Below the pieces are notes generated by a model. The model did not search any database. It was not told the origin of the DNA and saw only the letters and a list, made by a program, of their open reading frames with translations. This document shows, piece by piece, positions 43,569-55,332 of a DNA stretch of 64,000 bases (position 1 is the stretch's first letter; each line of letters opens with the position of its first letter). The DNA is from an uncultured Bdellovibrionales bacterium (GTDB lineage: Bacteria > Myxococcota > XYA12-FULL-58-9 > JALHOP01), in assembly GCA_964484195.1 (NCBI GenBank), contig CAZAER010000001.1, positions 285,510-349,509 on the forward strand. Direction: 5' to 3'. The position numbers and the translations under genes were made by a program.

Positions 43569-45359
43569 TCAGTGCGCAGCGGTCGCCAAAGCGGTCTGCT
43601 CTTCCGGTGACGCCACCGCGCTCGCGTTCTCGGGCAGCAGCTCGACCCAGAAGACCGACCCACGAGGGTTGCCGGCGTCGACGCCGACCTGGCCGCGCAT
43701 CGCTTCGGTGAGGTGTTTCACGATGGCAAGGCCGAGACCGGTTCCGCCCATGGCACGCGAGCGACCTTCGTCGACGCGGTAGAAGCGCTCGAAGATGCGC
43801 GTGCGGTGCCGCGGCTCGATGCCGGGGCCGTCGTCGGTGACCTCGATGCGCACACCGTCCTCGATGACCTTGGCGCGGACGACGATGGTGCCGCCGCTCG
43901 GCGTGTACTTCACGGCGTTGTCGACGAGGTTCATGAGGACCTGATCGAGGGCGCGCGGGTCCGCCAAAGCGCGCAGGGTGGCGTCACCCTCGGCGCGCAG
44001 CGAGAGCTTCTTCTGCTCGGCGGCGATGGCGACCGATTCGACGGCGCGGTCGATGGCGGTGCGCACCGCGACCGGGCCGGGCTCGAGCTTGTAGGCGCCG
44101 GCTTCGATGCGCGAGATGTCGAGGAGGTCGGCGACGAGCTGGGAGAGACGGTCGGCGCTCCGCGAAAGCGCATCGAGAAACTTCGGCGCTTGTTTCGGAT
44201 CTGCGAGGGCGCCGTCGATGAGAGTCTCGACGTTGGCGCGGATGATGCTGACCGGCGTGCGCAGCTCGTGGGAGACGTTGGCGACGAAGTCACGACGGAT
44301 GGTCTCCAGGCGGCGAAGATCGGTCACGTCGTGCAAGACGATGACGAGGCCGCCGGTGGCTCGCAGCGGCGTCGCGCGCGCCATGACGCGCTTGGGCTTG
44401 GGGCCGTGCAGCTCGAACTCGGTGCCGTGCGAGACCTTGTCTTGCGCATCTTTGACCAGCTCGATGAGCGCGGGGGCGCGGACGACCTCGACCAATGTCC
44501 GCCCGCTCGGCGGCGAGGTGAGGCGCAAGAGCGAGAGCGCTGCCTTGTTGACCAGGGTGATGCGTTCCTCGGAGTCGAGGGCGATGACCGCTTCACTCAT
44601 GCTCTCGAGGGTCGCTTCGAAGCGATTGCGCTCCTGTGCCAAAGTGCCGACGGTGCGCTCGAGCTCTTCGGCGAGCTGATTGAAGGAACCGGCGATGCCG
44701 CCGAGCTCGTCCGTGCCTTGGACGGAGAGGCGCCGCCCCGTGGGGCCCGAGAAGACGTTACGGGCGCTCTCGACCAGGTTGCGGAGGGCTCGCGACATGA
44801 GGTGCGACGCCAGGGTGCTCATGAACACCGCGACCAAAAGGCTCGCGAGCGAGGCGAACACGATCAGTCCGCGTAAGCGGCCGACGGCGCCTTCGATCTC
44901 GGCGGCTGGCATGGCGATGCGGATGACGCACGGTCCGCTTTGGCAATCGGCGCGCACCGCGACGTAGATCATCTCACGCCGCGCGGTCACCGACCGACGC
45001 TGCGCCTGACCGTTACCGTTTTCGAACGCCTCGCGAACTTCCGGGCGGTCGCCGTGATTGGCGAGAGTCTCTGGATCGAGCACCGAATCGCCGAGCACCC
45101 GTCCGTCATCGTCGATGATGGTGACGCGCGCCAAGGTTGCTTCCCCGAGCTCGCGGCTGAGGAGCTTCAAGTCGACATCCGACGGCGCGCGCTCGATGAG
45201 CATGCGCGCGGTGTTTGCCGAGGCGCGCAAGTCTTCGTCGAGCCGTGCCCGATACCAACCGCGCGTCTCGCGCTCGAGAATGATCGAGCTGGCGCCGCCG
45301 ATGAGCAGGATCAACGCGATGGAGATGCCGAACAGCTTGCCGCGGATGCCGAATTTCAA
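43569..45359 (-). CDS. Sensor histidine kinase (periplasmic sensor, HAMP, PAS, HisKA, HATPase_c; PhoR-like)
   Basis: TTG start with an SD-like GTGAGG. Two TM helices flank a periplasmic domain. H-box VANVSHELRTP. N, G1 and G2 boxes are present. Confidence 0.85.
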   Translation of the reverse strand: MKFGIRGKLFGISIALILLIGGASSIILERETRGWYRARLDEDLRASANTARMLIERAPSDVDLKLLSRELGEATLARVTIIDDDGRVLGDSVLDPETLANHGDRPEVREAFENGNGQAQRRSVTARREMIYVAVRADCQSGPCVIRIAMPAAEIEGAVGRLRGLIVFASLASLLVAVFMSTLASHLMSRALRNLVESARNVFSGPTGRRLSVQGTDELGGIAGSFNQLAEELERTVGTLAQERNRFEATLESMSEAVIALDSEERITLVNKAALSLLRLTSPPSGRTLVEVVRAPALIELVKDAQDKVSHGTEFELHGPKPKRVMARATPLRATGGLVIVLHDVTDLRRLETIRRDFVANVSHELRTPVSIIRANVETLIDGALADPKQAPKFLDALSRSADRLSQLVADLLDISRIEAGAYKLEPGPVAVRTAIDRAVESVAIAAEQKKLSLRAEGDATLRALADPRALDQVLMNLVDNAVKYTPSGGTIVVRAKVIEDGVRIEVTDDGPGIEPRHRTRIFERFYRVDEGRSRAMGGTGLGLAIVKHLTEAMRGQVGVDAGNPRGSVFWVELLPENASAVASPEEQTALATAAH

Positions 45360-45377
45360 GGCACGGGCCTCACTCGC

Positions 45378-46088
45378 TTAGTTCTCTGCCGAAACCTCAT
45401 CGGGCCGTTGTCGAAAGCGATAGCCTACACCACGGAGCGTTTCCACGTAGTGTCCGGCGATGCCCAGCTTTTCGCGCAGGCGTTTCACGTGGGTGTCGAC
45501 GGTGCGGGTCGTGACCTCCGCGTCGATTCCCCAAACGTCGGAGAGCAGAGTGTCGCGCGTCTGCACCCGACCCTTGCGGGCGAGCAGGGTGGTGAGCAGC
45601 CGGAACTCGAGGGCGGTGAGTCGGATCTCTTCTTCGCCGACCCAGACGCGGTGACCCGGCGAATCGACCCGCAGGTCGCCGAACCGTAGCTCGGTGTCCT
45701 TGGGCTCGTCGGCGGCGACACGGCGGAGGATGGCGCGCACCCGCAGCATCAGCTCACGGACGCTGAAAGGTTTGGCGACGAAGTCATCGGCCCCGACCTC
45801 GAAGCCGACGACGCGATCGATCTCGTCGTTCTTGGCGGTCAGCATGAGCACCGGGATGCCCTTGGTGCGCTCGTCGGCGCGCAGGCGGCGGCAGACTTCG
45901 GTGCCGGGCACGTCAGGGAGCATGAGGTCCAAGACCACGAGGTCGGGGAGGGGCTCTTGCCCCGCGAGGCTCAGTGCGCTCGTGCCGTTCAGCGCCGTGC
46001 GGGTCTGAAACCCCTCGCGCTGGAAGTTGTATTCGAGCGTATTGGCGAGGTCCTGCTCGTCTTCGACCACCAAAATCAGTGCCGACAT
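45378..46088 (-). CDS. OmpR/PhoB-family response regulator
   Basis: Receiver domain (LVVLDLMLPD) plus a winged-helix domain (RVDTHVKRLREKL, GVGYRF). ATG at 46088 has a GGGAGG RBS. The ORF-track extension is rejected. Confidence 0.85.
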   Translation of the reverse strand: MSALILVVEDEQDLANTLEYNFQREGFQTRTALNGTSALSLAGQEPLPDLVVLDLMLPDVPGTEVCRRLRADERTKGIPVLMLTAKNDEIDRVVGFEVGADDFVAKPFSVRELMLRVRAILRRVAADEPKDTELRFGDLRVDSPGHRVWVGEEEIRLTALEFRLLTTLLARKGRVQTRDTLLSDVWGIDAEVTTRTVDTHVKRLREKLGIAGHYVETLRGVGYRFRQRPDEVSAEN

Positions 46089-46258
46089 GCTTGCCTCCCG
46101 GAAGGCGCTTTCAGGGCTTTCCTGCGCCCCAATTGCCCGTTCGCGGTGACGCCTTTGTGACAGCGGAACAACGTCTTGGGACGCTGCGATCGTCTCTGTC
46201 ACATTGACCAGAACGTCTTATAGAGCCTTCGTACCGTTCCGGAAAGGCTCGAAGACCT

Positions 46259-46570
46259 CTATTGCCGCCGCTGAGGCATCGGGACGACGTTTCCGCCGCC
46301 GAAGTCGACCTTGGAAATGTGGCAGGAATCGGGATGCCGGATGAGCTCGGCCATCGCCGACCGTTGGTCTGCCGCGTTCAAGCCGGTGACGTTGAGGGTT
46401 CGGGTCGCTTGGTCGTAACGGACGCTCTTGGGGTCGACGTCGCCACCGCGCATGATGTCCCCGAAGTGCTTGTTGGCGTTCTGAACTGGGGTGCCAGCCC
46501 CCGGCCAGCCAGCGGTCGAGCCACCCAACGGGGCGCCCAGCTGGGCAAGCGGCTTACAGGAATCACTCAC
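46259..46570 (-). CDS. Hypothetical small protein (104 aa) immediately downstream of purA
   Basis: GGAGG RBS 5 nt upstream of a GTG start. No known domain. Confidence 0.4.
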   Translation of the reverse strand: MSDSCKPLAQLGAPLGGSTAGWPGAGTPVQNANKHFGDIMRGGDVDPKSVRYDQATRTLNVTGLNAADQRSAMAELIRHPDSCHISKVDFGGGNVVPMPQRRQ

Positions 46571-46621
46571 GGGGACCTCCAGAAACAACGCCCGATCTTA
46601 CACGATCTTGGCTCGATACGG

Positions 46622-47902
<1,281 letters not shown>

Positions 47903-49213
47903 CTACTCCCGATCCGCGATGCCGGCGCGCTCGAAGAGCGCATCGACGTGCTTGAAATAATGGTCGAGCGAGAAGGCGCGATCGACGACGTTCGCGGGGA
48001 TGGCCTTGACCGCGTCTTCGTCCGCCAAAGCGGTGCGGAAGTCTTTGGCCTGGTTTTCCCAGACGCGCATGGCGGCGCGCTGCACCGAGGCGTAGGCGAC
48101 CTGACGCTCGAGACCCGCCTCGAGCAGCACCCCGAGCACGCTTTGGCTGAACACCAAGCCGCGCGTCGAATCGAGATTCTGCTTCATGCGCTCGGGGTAA
48201 ACGCGCAACCCGTTCACCAGGTCGAGCATCTTCAAGGTCATGTAGTGCGCGAGATGGAACGCATCGGGGAAGGCCACGCGCTCGACCGAGGAGTGACTGA
48301 TGTCGCGCTCGTGCCACAAGGCGACGTCTTCGGCGCCCGCTACCATGTAGCCGCGCAGGAGGCGCGCCATACCCGCGATGCGCTCGCTGGTGATCGGATT
48401 GCGCTTGTGCGGCATCGCGGACGAGCCGGTCTGGCCCGCGGCGAACGGCTCTTCGGCTTCTCGGACCTCGGTGCGCTGCATGGCGCGGATGTCGACGGCG
48501 AAACGCTCGAGGCCGCTGCCGTAGACCGCGAGGATCGAGAAGATGAAGGCGTGGCGGTCGCGCGGCACCACCTGGGTCGCCACCGGCTCGGCGAAGAGGT
48601 CGAGGTTCTCGAGGATGCTGCGCTCGAGCGCAGGGTCGCTCTGCGAAAAGCTGCCGACCGCGCCCGACATCTTGCCGTGCGCAGCCTCCATGCGCGCGAC
48701 GCGCAGGCGCTCGAGATGGCGTTGCACCTCACTGTACCAACCAGCGAGCCGCAGGCCGAAGGTGGTCGGCTCGGCGTGGACACCGTGGGTGCGGCCGACG
48801 CAGGGCGTGAGCTTGTGCTCACGGGCACGCCGCGCAATCGCGAGACCGAGCTCTTTCACCGTGTCGACGAGCACTTCGAGTGACTCGCTGATCGCCATCG
48901 CGAGCGCGGTGTCGACGACGTCGCTCGAGGTCAAGCCGCGATGCAGGTGCCGGCGGGCAGGCTCGCCGACAATCTCGCCGAGCGCCCGCACGAAGGCGAC
49001 CACGTCGTGGTTCGTCACCTTCTCGAGCTCGCGCACGCGGTCGGCCGAGGGTGCCTTCGCCTTGTCGCGGATCGCCTGCATCTCGTCGGCGGGGACTTGG
49101 CCTCGGGCGGCCCAGGCTTCGCTGGCTGCGACCTCGACGCGGGTCCAGCGTTCCATTTGCGCGGCTTCACCCCAGATGCGACGCATGGCTTCGGTTTCGT
49201 AGCGACTGATCAT
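47903..49213 (-). CDS. purB: Adenylosuccinate lyase
   Basis: Fumarate lyase signature SSAMPHKRNP. The N-terminus matches PurB. Confidence 0.95.
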   Translation of the reverse strand: MISRYETEAMRRIWGEAAQMERWTRVEVAASEAWAARGQVPADEMQAIRDKAKAPSADRVRELEKVTNHDVVAFVRALGEIVGEPARRHLHRGLTSSDVVDTALAMAISESLEVLVDTVKELGLAIARRAREHKLTPCVGRTHGVHAEPTTFGLRLAGWYSEVQRHLERLRVARMEAAHGKMSGAVGSFSQSDPALERSILENLDLFAEPVATQVVPRDRHAFIFSILAVYGSGLERFAVDIRAMQRTEVREAEEPFAAGQTGSSAMPHKRNPITSERIAGMARLLRGYMVAGAEDVALWHERDISHSSVERVAFPDAFHLAHYMTLKMLDLVNGLRVYPERMKQNLDSTRGLVFSQSVLGVLLEAGLERQVAYASVQRAAMRVWENQAKDFRTALADEDAVKAIPANVVDRAFSLDHYFKHVDALFERAGIADRE

Positions 49214-50469
49214 GGCTCACCCTGGGCGATGTCGCGGCGGAAGTGCTTGCCGGCGAACTTCACCATGTCGACACCCTCGTAGGCGCGCGCCCGAGCTTCA
49301 CGCAGCGTCGCGGCGCTGGCGACGACCGCGGCGATTCGGCCCCCGTTGGTGACGAGCTTGTCTCCGTCGTGTTTGGTGCCGGCGTGATCGAGCCAGCGAT
49401 CCGGGGCGTCGAGGTTGCGATCGATGGTGATGGCGTCGCCCTTGCGCGGCTCCCCGGGGTAGCCCTCGGCGCTCACGACGATGGCGATGGTGGTGCGGCG
49501 ATCGACGACCAGCTTGAAGTCGGCAAGCTTGCCGGCCGCGGTCGCCTGGCAGAGTCGCGTCAGCTCACCCTTGCCGAGGCGCGGCAAGATGGCTTGCGCT
49601 TCGGGATCGCCGAGGCGCGCGTTGAACTCGAGCAGCTTGATCTCGCCGGTGGGGGCGATCATGACGCCCGCATAGAGAAAGCCGACGTAAGGCGTTTCGC
49701 GGCGCTTGAGCTCACGCACCACGGGCATGACGATCTCTTCGCGCACGTGCTGCTCACGCCGGCCGTCGATCACCGGGTTCGGGCTCACCGCGCCCATGCC
49801 GCCGGTATTCGGGCCGCGGTCGCTGTCGTTGATGCGCTTGTGGTCGCGCGCGTGCGGGAGCGCCACCAAGTGCTCGCCATCGCAGGCATAGAAGAGCGAG
49901 GCTTCGACGCCCGCGAGCCGCTCCTCGAGGACGACGGTGCGTCCAGCGTCGCCGAGGCTGCCGGCGAGATACTCGCGCGCGGCTTCGACGCAGCCTTCGC
50001 GCGTGTCAGGCAGGACGACGCCTTTGCCGGCGCAGAGTCCGTCCGCTTTGACGACCGGCAGGCCAGGCATGTCCTCCATCGCGGTCGCCAGCTCGTCGGC
50101 GCGCTTCACGATGCGGAAGGCGGGTGAATCGACTTCGGCGGCGTAGGCGATTTCGCGCATGAACGCCTTCGACCCTTCGAGCTGGGCGGCGGCGCGGCTC
50201 GGGCCGCAGCAGGGGATGTTCGCGCTCTTCAGGGCGTCGGCGAGGCCGGCGACCAGCGCCCCCTCTGGACCCGGCACGACCAGGTCGACTTTTTCCTCGC
50301 GGGCGAGAGTCACCAGGCTTTCGACGTCATCGACTCGGACGGGGATGCAGCGCGCGTGAGCGGCGATCCCTGGATTGCCCGGCGCGGCGATGAGCTCGGC
50401 GCCGTCGTTGGCGAGCGCTCTGCAGATGGCGTGCTCGCGCCCGCCTTGTCCGACGACCAGGATTTTCAC
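49210..50469 (-). CDS. purD: Phosphoribosylamine--glycine ligase
   Basis: MKILVVGQGGREHA and the ATP-grasp core. The stop overlaps the purB ATG (ATGA). Confidence 0.95.
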   Translation of the reverse strand: MKILVVGQGGREHAICRALANDGAELIAAPGNPGIAAHARCIPVRVDDVESLVTLAREEKVDLVVPGPEGALVAGLADALKSANIPCCGPSRAAAQLEGSKAFMREIAYAAEVDSPAFRIVKRADELATAMEDMPGLPVVKADGLCAGKGVVLPDTREGCVEAAREYLAGSLGDAGRTVVLEERLAGVEASLFYACDGEHLVALPHARDHKRINDSDRGPNTGGMGAVSPNPVIDGRREQHVREEIVMPVVRELKRRETPYVGFLYAGVMIAPTGEIKLLEFNARLGDPEAQAILPRLGKGELTRLCQATAAGKLADFKLVVDRRTTIAIVVSAEGYPGEPRKGDAITIDRNLDAPDRWLDHAGTKHDGDKLVTNGGRIAAVVASAATLREARARAYEGVDMVKFAGKHFRRDIAQGEP

Positions 50470-50517
50470 TGCGTCTTCTTAAGGCCAGGGCCCGTAAGGC
50501 ACAACTGACCTGGGCCG

Positions 50518-52143
50518 TTAATGTTTGAAGTGGCGCCGATTGGTGAAGACCATGGCGATCCCCGCGGCGTCACACGCCGCGATGGAGTCCGCGTCGCGCT
50601 TCGAGCCGCCCGGCTGGACGATCGCCACGATGCCCGCCTTCTGCGCGAGCTTCACGACGTCGTCGAATGGGAAAAACGCATCCGATCCGAGGAAGGCGCC
50701 CTTCGAGGCTTCGCCGGCCTTGCGCATCGCTTGCTCCATGGCGTCGACGCGGCTCATGAAGCCGGCGCCGGCCCCGAGCAAGCGGCGGCGCTTGGTGATG
50801 GAGACCGCGTTCGATTTCAGGAGCATCGCGGCACGCATGGCGAAGGCAAGCTCGTCCTGCCAGCCGGGATCGAGGGTGCGCTTGGTCACGGTTTTCCAGG
50901 TCGTCGGTAGGGCGAGGCCAGGGTCGGCAGTCTCCACCAGCATGCCGCCGCCGACGCGGTGCGCGTGCCAAGCAGGCTCCGGTGATCCGATGGGGACCTG
51001 GAAGAGGCGCAGGTCAGCCTTTTTCTCGAGCTCGGCGCGCGCGTCGGGCGCGAAGCCCGGTGCCACGATGCACTCGATGAAGAGCTTTGCGTCCTTGATA
51101 GCGGACACGGTCGCCATCTCGACGATGGTGTTGAAACCGATGATGCCGCCGAAGGCCGAGACCGGGTCGCCGGCCAACGCTTGCACGAAGGCCTCGACTT
51201 GGCTCGCTGCCTCGGCGAGGCCGCAGGGATTGGTGTGCTTGACGATGGCGCAACCCGTGCCCGCGAGCTGGAAGACGGCCCGGTAGGCCGCGTCCATGTC
51301 GAGATAGTTGTTGTAGGAGAGCTGCTTGCCGGACAGCACCGAGCCGTTGGCGACGCCGTTGCTCTCGCCGGTGGCGCGATAGAGGGCGCCGCCTTGGTGC
51401 GGGTTTTCGCCGTAGCGCAGGACTTCGACGCGGTCGAAGATGGCCAAGCGCTCGGGCAGTGGCGGCGGCGCATCGAGGTCGGGGACGCGCATCTCGCTGG
51501 TGACGAGCTTACTGTCGGCGACGTCTTTGGCGTACCACTCGGCGATGGCGAGGTCGTATTTCGCGATGACCTGGAAAGCTTTCGCGGCGAGCTCGCGACG
51601 CACGTCGGAAGGCACGAGGCCCGCCCGCGACACCAAGTCGACGACGCGGCTGTAGTCCGCGGGGTCCACCAAAACGGTCACGCCGCCGGCCTCGTTTTTG
51701 GCCGACGCGCGCACCAAGGTCGGGCCGCCGATGTCGACGTTCTCGACCATTTCGTGGCGCGGCGCGTTCCGCGCGAGCGCTTGCTCGAACGGGTAGAGGT
51801 TGCAGACGACCAGATCGATGGGCGGGTAAGCGTTGTCCTTGAGATCTTTTTCGTGCTCGGGGAGCCGGCGATCCGCGAGGATTCCGGCGTGGATCTTCGG
51901 GTGCAGCGTCTTGACGCGACCGTCGAGCACTTCTTTTGCGCCCGTGAAGTTCTCGATGCGCGTCACTTTCACGCCGGCATCTTCGATGGCCTTGGCGGTA
52001 CCGCCCGAGGCCAAGATTTCGACCTCGTGTGCGGCGAGGCCTTTGGCGAGGTCGATGAGGCCAGTCTTGTCGAACACCGACAAGAGCGCGCGGCGAACCT
52101 TGCCGGGCGCAGGTGAGAGGTTGGCGGTGGCGTCGACTCGCAT
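50518..52143 (-). CDS. purH: Bifunctional AICAR transformylase / IMP cyclohydrolase
   Basis: VRRALLSVFDKTG (MGS-like domain) plus the AICARFT domain. The true start may lie a few codons inside the listed ORF. Confidence 0.9.
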   Translation of the reverse strand: MRVDATANLSPAPGKVRRALLSVFDKTGLIDLAKGLAAHEVEILASGGTAKAIEDAGVKVTRIENFTGAKEVLDGRVKTLHPKIHAGILADRRLPEHEKDLKDNAYPPIDLVVCNLYPFEQALARNAPRHEMVENVDIGGPTLVRASAKNEAGGVTVLVDPADYSRVVDLVSRAGLVPSDVRRELAAKAFQVIAKYDLAIAEWYAKDVADSKLVTSEMRVPDLDAPPPLPERLAIFDRVEVLRYGENPHQGGALYRATGESNGVANGSVLSGKQLSYNNYLDMDAAYRAVFQLAGTGCAIVKHTNPCGLAEAASQVEAFVQALAGDPVSAFGGIIGFNTIVEMATVSAIKDAKLFIECIVAPGFAPDARAELEKKADLRLFQVPIGSPEPAWHAHRVGGGMLVETADPGLALPTTWKTVTKRTLDPGWQDELAFAMRAAMLLKSNAVSITKRRRLLGAGAGFMSRVDAMEQAMRKAGEASKGAFLGSDAFFPFDDVVKLAQKAGIVAIVQPGGSKRDADSIAACDAAGIAMVFTNRRHFKH

Positions 52144-52746
52144 CTAGCTCTCCAAGGGTTTGTTCAATCGCTCGACGAACAGGCGCACGGCGCGCGGGTA
52201 GATGACGTGCTCGACTTCGTTGAGAATGCGCTGTGCTAGGCCTTCGGGACCTTCGTCGCCGCGGACCTCGAGCGAGCCTTGCAGGATGACCGGACCGGTG
52301 TCGACGCCGCCGTCGACGAAGTGCACGGTCGCACCGACGACGCTGCGCCCGGCTTGCCATTGGCGCTCGGCGCCATGGAGGCCGGGGAACTCGGGTAGGA
52401 GCGACGGGTGGATGTTTAGGATCCGTCCGCTGAAGCGGGCGAGGAACGAGGGGCTCAAGATGCGCAGGTAGCCCGCGAGCAGCAGGTGCTCGGCGCCGAG
52501 CGTCGCCAGCAAGGCGAGCAAGGCTTCTTCGTGGGCCTCGCGTTTCATGCCCTTGCTGACCAGCACATGGCCGGGAACACCATACTCAGCGGCGCGCTCG
52601 AGGACGCCTGCGCCTTCGACGTTGGTCACGACGCCGACCACTTGGCCGCCGACGTATCCACGCTTGAATGCGCGCATCAGCGCGTCGGCGTTCGAGCCGC
52701 GGCCCGACGCCAGGATGGCAAAGCGCGGGTGGCTAGGTGCGGGCAT
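52144..52746 (-). CDS. purN: Phosphoribosylglycinamide formyltransferase
   Basis: FAILASGRGSN and the formyltransferase motifs NIHPSLLP and HFVDGGVDTGPVI. ATG at 52746 overlaps the purM 3' end by 14 nt. The ORF-track extension is rejected. Confidence 0.85.
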   Translation of the reverse strand: MPAPSHPRFAILASGRGSNADALMRAFKRGYVGGQVVGVVTNVEGAGVLERAAEYGVPGHVLVSKGMKREAHEEALLALLATLGAEHLLLAGYLRILSPSFLARFSGRILNIHPSLLPEFPGLHGAERQWQAGRSVVGATVHFVDGGVDTGPVILQGSLEVRGDEGPEGLAQRILNEVEHVIYPRAVRLFVERLNKPLES

Positions 52747-53899
52747 ACCCGAGCTCGACTCCGTGAGGCCCAGCTTGGATGGCCCCGACCTCGAGCCAAC
52801 CTTGATGCCCGGCCAGGGCCTTGGGGGTGGTGAGCGCCTGGCGCAGCTTCGCCGCGTCTTCGGGGCCAACGACGATGCAATAGCCGAGCCCCATGTTGAA
52901 GGTGCTCGCCATCTCGGTCCACGCGACGTTTCCGGTCTTCTGCACCAGGCCGAAGATTGCGGGCATGTGGTAACGCTCGGGGTCGACGACGACGCGCACT
53001 TCGTTTTTCGTGAGCTTGCCCAAGCGCCCGAGGAGGCCGCCGCCGGTGACGTGGGCGCTCGCCTTCACTTTGATTTGCTGCATGACCTCGAGCACCGGCC
53101 GCACGTAGAGGCGCGTCGGGGTCAAGAGCTCGGCGCCCAGTGTCCGCTCGAGCGCACCGATATGATCGGTGAGGCGCAGCCCGCCCATGTCGATCAGCGC
53201 TTTGCGCGCGAGCGACAGGCCGTTCGAGTGGATGCCGCTGGAGGTGAGCGCGAAGATGACGTCGCCCGCTTTCACGGAGTTTGCGTCCGGCAGCCGCGCT
53301 TCGTCGGCGATACCCACGGCGAAGCCCGCGAGATCGAAATCACCGGGTGGGTAGAGCCCGGGCATCTCCGCGGTCTCACCACCCAAGAGCACGCAACCGA
53401 CCTCGCGACAGGCATTGGCGATGCCACGCACGATGGGGGTCAGCTCAGACGCCTCGAGCTTGCCGGTCGCGATGTAGTCGAGAAAGAAAATGGGCCGCGA
53501 GCCGGAGGGCAAGAGATCGTTGACGTTCATGCCCACGAGGTCTTGGCCGAGACCCTCGTAGCTCTTCATGTCGCGCGCGACGATGAGCTTGGTACCCACG
53601 CCGTCGCAGGCGGCGGAAATGAGCGGTCGCGAGATGCCGCTGAAGTCGGGACGGAAGAGCCCCGCGTAGGCCGTGGTGTGGGGAACGACGCCGCTGTTGT
53701 GCGTCGACTTGGCGAGCGAGGCGATACCTTCGACGAAAGCATCGGCAGCGGCGATGTCGACGCCGGCGCGCTTGTACGACAGGCTGCCGCCAGCCTCGTC
53801 ACGCTCTTTGGCGCGGCTGCGGTCGTGCGGCTCTTCGGAGCCCTCGACGTGGTGCATGCCGCTCGCTTCGGGCGACATACCTTCGGGGCGCTGAGTCAT
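52733..53899 (-). CDS. purM: Phosphoribosylformylglycinamidine cyclo-ligase (AIR synthetase)
   Basis: SLSYKRAGVDI...DGVGTKL, with PurM N- and C-domains. ATG at 53899 overlaps the purF stop (ATGA). There is a 30-40 aa N-terminal extension relative to E. coli PurM. Confidence 0.9.
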   Translation of the reverse strand: MTQRPEGMSPEASGMHHVEGSEEPHDRSRAKERDEAGGSLSYKRAGVDIAAADAFVEGIASLAKSTHNSGVVPHTTAYAGLFRPDFSGISRPLISAACDGVGTKLIVARDMKSYEGLGQDLVGMNVNDLLPSGSRPIFFLDYIATGKLEASELTPIVRGIANACREVGCVLLGGETAEMPGLYPPGDFDLAGFAVGIADEARLPDANSVKAGDVIFALTSSGIHSNGLSLARKALIDMGGLRLTDHIGALERTLGAELLTPTRLYVRPVLEVMQQIKVKASAHVTGGGLLGRLGKLTKNEVRVVVDPERYHMPAIFGLVQKTGNVAWTEMASTFNMGLGYCIVVGPEDAAKLRQALTTPKALAGHQGWLEVGAIQAGPHGVELGYART

Positions 53900-55332
53900 A
53901 CGGGGTACGTCCCGGTCATGCAGCCGAAGCAGAACTCGGCGCGCTTGGTGGCGTTCTTCAAGCCATCGAGCGACAGATAGCGCAGGTTGTCGGCGCCGAC
54001 GGCTTTGCGCACGCCGTCGACGTCGGCGTGGCGGTTGATGACCAGCTCTTCGCGGTCGGGCGTGTCGATGCCGAGGTAGCAGGGCCACGAGAGTGGCGGC
54101 GAGGCGATGCGCATCCACACTTCGGCGGCGCCGGCGTCACGCACCATCTGGACGATGAGCCGCGAGGTGTTGCCGCGCACGATGGAGTCATCCATCAAGA
54201 CGACACGCTTGCCGCGCACCGCGTCTTTGATGACGGACAGCTTGAGCTTGATGCTGTGCGAGCGCGAGTCTTGGTCGGGCAAGATGAAGGTACGGCCGAC
54301 GTAGTGGCTGCGGATGATGGCTTGTTCGAGCGGAATGCCGCTCTTGCGTGCGTAGCCGATGGCGGCGGGGAAGCCAGAGTCGGGGATGGGGACGATGATG
54401 TCGGGCTTCACGGTGAGCCCGGCTGCTTGATCTTCGATGGCGAGCTGCTCGCCCATGCGCAGACGCGCCTGGTGAGCGTTCTGTCCGAAGACCTCGCTAT
54501 TGGGACGCGCGAAGTAAACCAGCTCGAAGACGCAGGGCGCCGGCGGCGCCTTCGGCAAGAGCTGCGTCGAGCGCACGCCTTCGTGCGAGATCTCGATGAG
54601 CTCACCCGGGGCGATCTCGCGCACGTATTTGGCGTCGACTGCTTCGAGGGCGCAGGTCTCGCTCGCGACCACCCAGCCGTCGCGGTGCTCGCCGAGCACC
54701 AGCGGGCGCACGCCGTAGACGTCGCGCAGCGCGTAGAGGCGGCCGTCGCACAACATGGTGAGCGAGTAAGCGCCCAACATCTTGGCGGCGGCGGAGCGCA
54801 GCGCGTCGGGGAAGGTAGCGGCCTTCGAGCGCGCCAGGAGATGGACCATCAGCTCGGTGTCCATCGAGGTGGAGAGCAGCGAGCCGCCTTCTTCGAGCTC
54901 GCGCGCCAGGGCGTCTTGATTTTTGAGGTTGCCGTTGTGCGCTACAGCGAACTGGCCGTAGGGCGTGTGGGCGGTGAACGGCTGGATGTTCTCGGCGCGG
55001 TCCATGGTGACCGTCGAGTAACGGACGTGGCCGATGGCGCGGTCGCCCGGCAGCTCTTTGGTCTTGTGGACCGGCAGGGCTTCGACCACCAGGCCGCGGC
55101 CCTTCAGGTGGTGCATCTGGCCGCTGGTCTTGCCCGAGCCGTCGGTCGCTTTCTGCGCGCCGACCGCTTGCTGCGAGAAGGTGCAGATGCCGGCGGCTTC
55201 TTGGCCGCGATGCTGCAGCGCGAAGAGAGCACGGTGTACCAGCTCGGCGGCCGCGCCACCGCGACGCCAGACCGCGACGACGCCGCAGTCTTCACCGGCT
55301 TTGCGGAATGGAACGTCGACTGCGTCGATCAC
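53896..55332 (-). CDS. purF: Amidophosphoribosyltransferase (Bacillus-type with N-terminal propeptide and C-terminal Cys cluster)
   Basis: The propeptide precedes the nucleophile (EDCGVVAV). PRTase motif VVLMDDSIVRGNT. C-terminal CFGCMTG. Confidence 0.95.
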   Translation of the reverse strand: MIDAVDVPFRKAGEDCGVVAVWRRGGAAAELVHRALFALQHRGQEAAGICTFSQQAVGAQKATDGSGKTSGQMHHLKGRGLVVEALPVHKTKELPGDRAIGHVRYSTVTMDRAENIQPFTAHTPYGQFAVAHNGNLKNQDALARELEEGGSLLSTSMDTELMVHLLARSKAATFPDALRSAAAKMLGAYSLTMLCDGRLYALRDVYGVRPLVLGEHRDGWVVASETCALEAVDAKYVREIAPGELIEISHEGVRSTQLLPKAPPAPCVFELVYFARPNSEVFGQNAHQARLRMGEQLAIEDQAAGLTVKPDIIVPIPDSGFPAAIGYARKSGIPLEQAIIRSHYVGRTFILPDQDSRSHSIKLKLSVIKDAVRGKRVVLMDDSIVRGNTSRLIVQMVRDAGAAEVWMRIASPPLSWPCYLGIDTPDREELVINRHADVDGVRKAVGADNLRYLSLDGLKNATKRAEFCFGCMTGTYPV

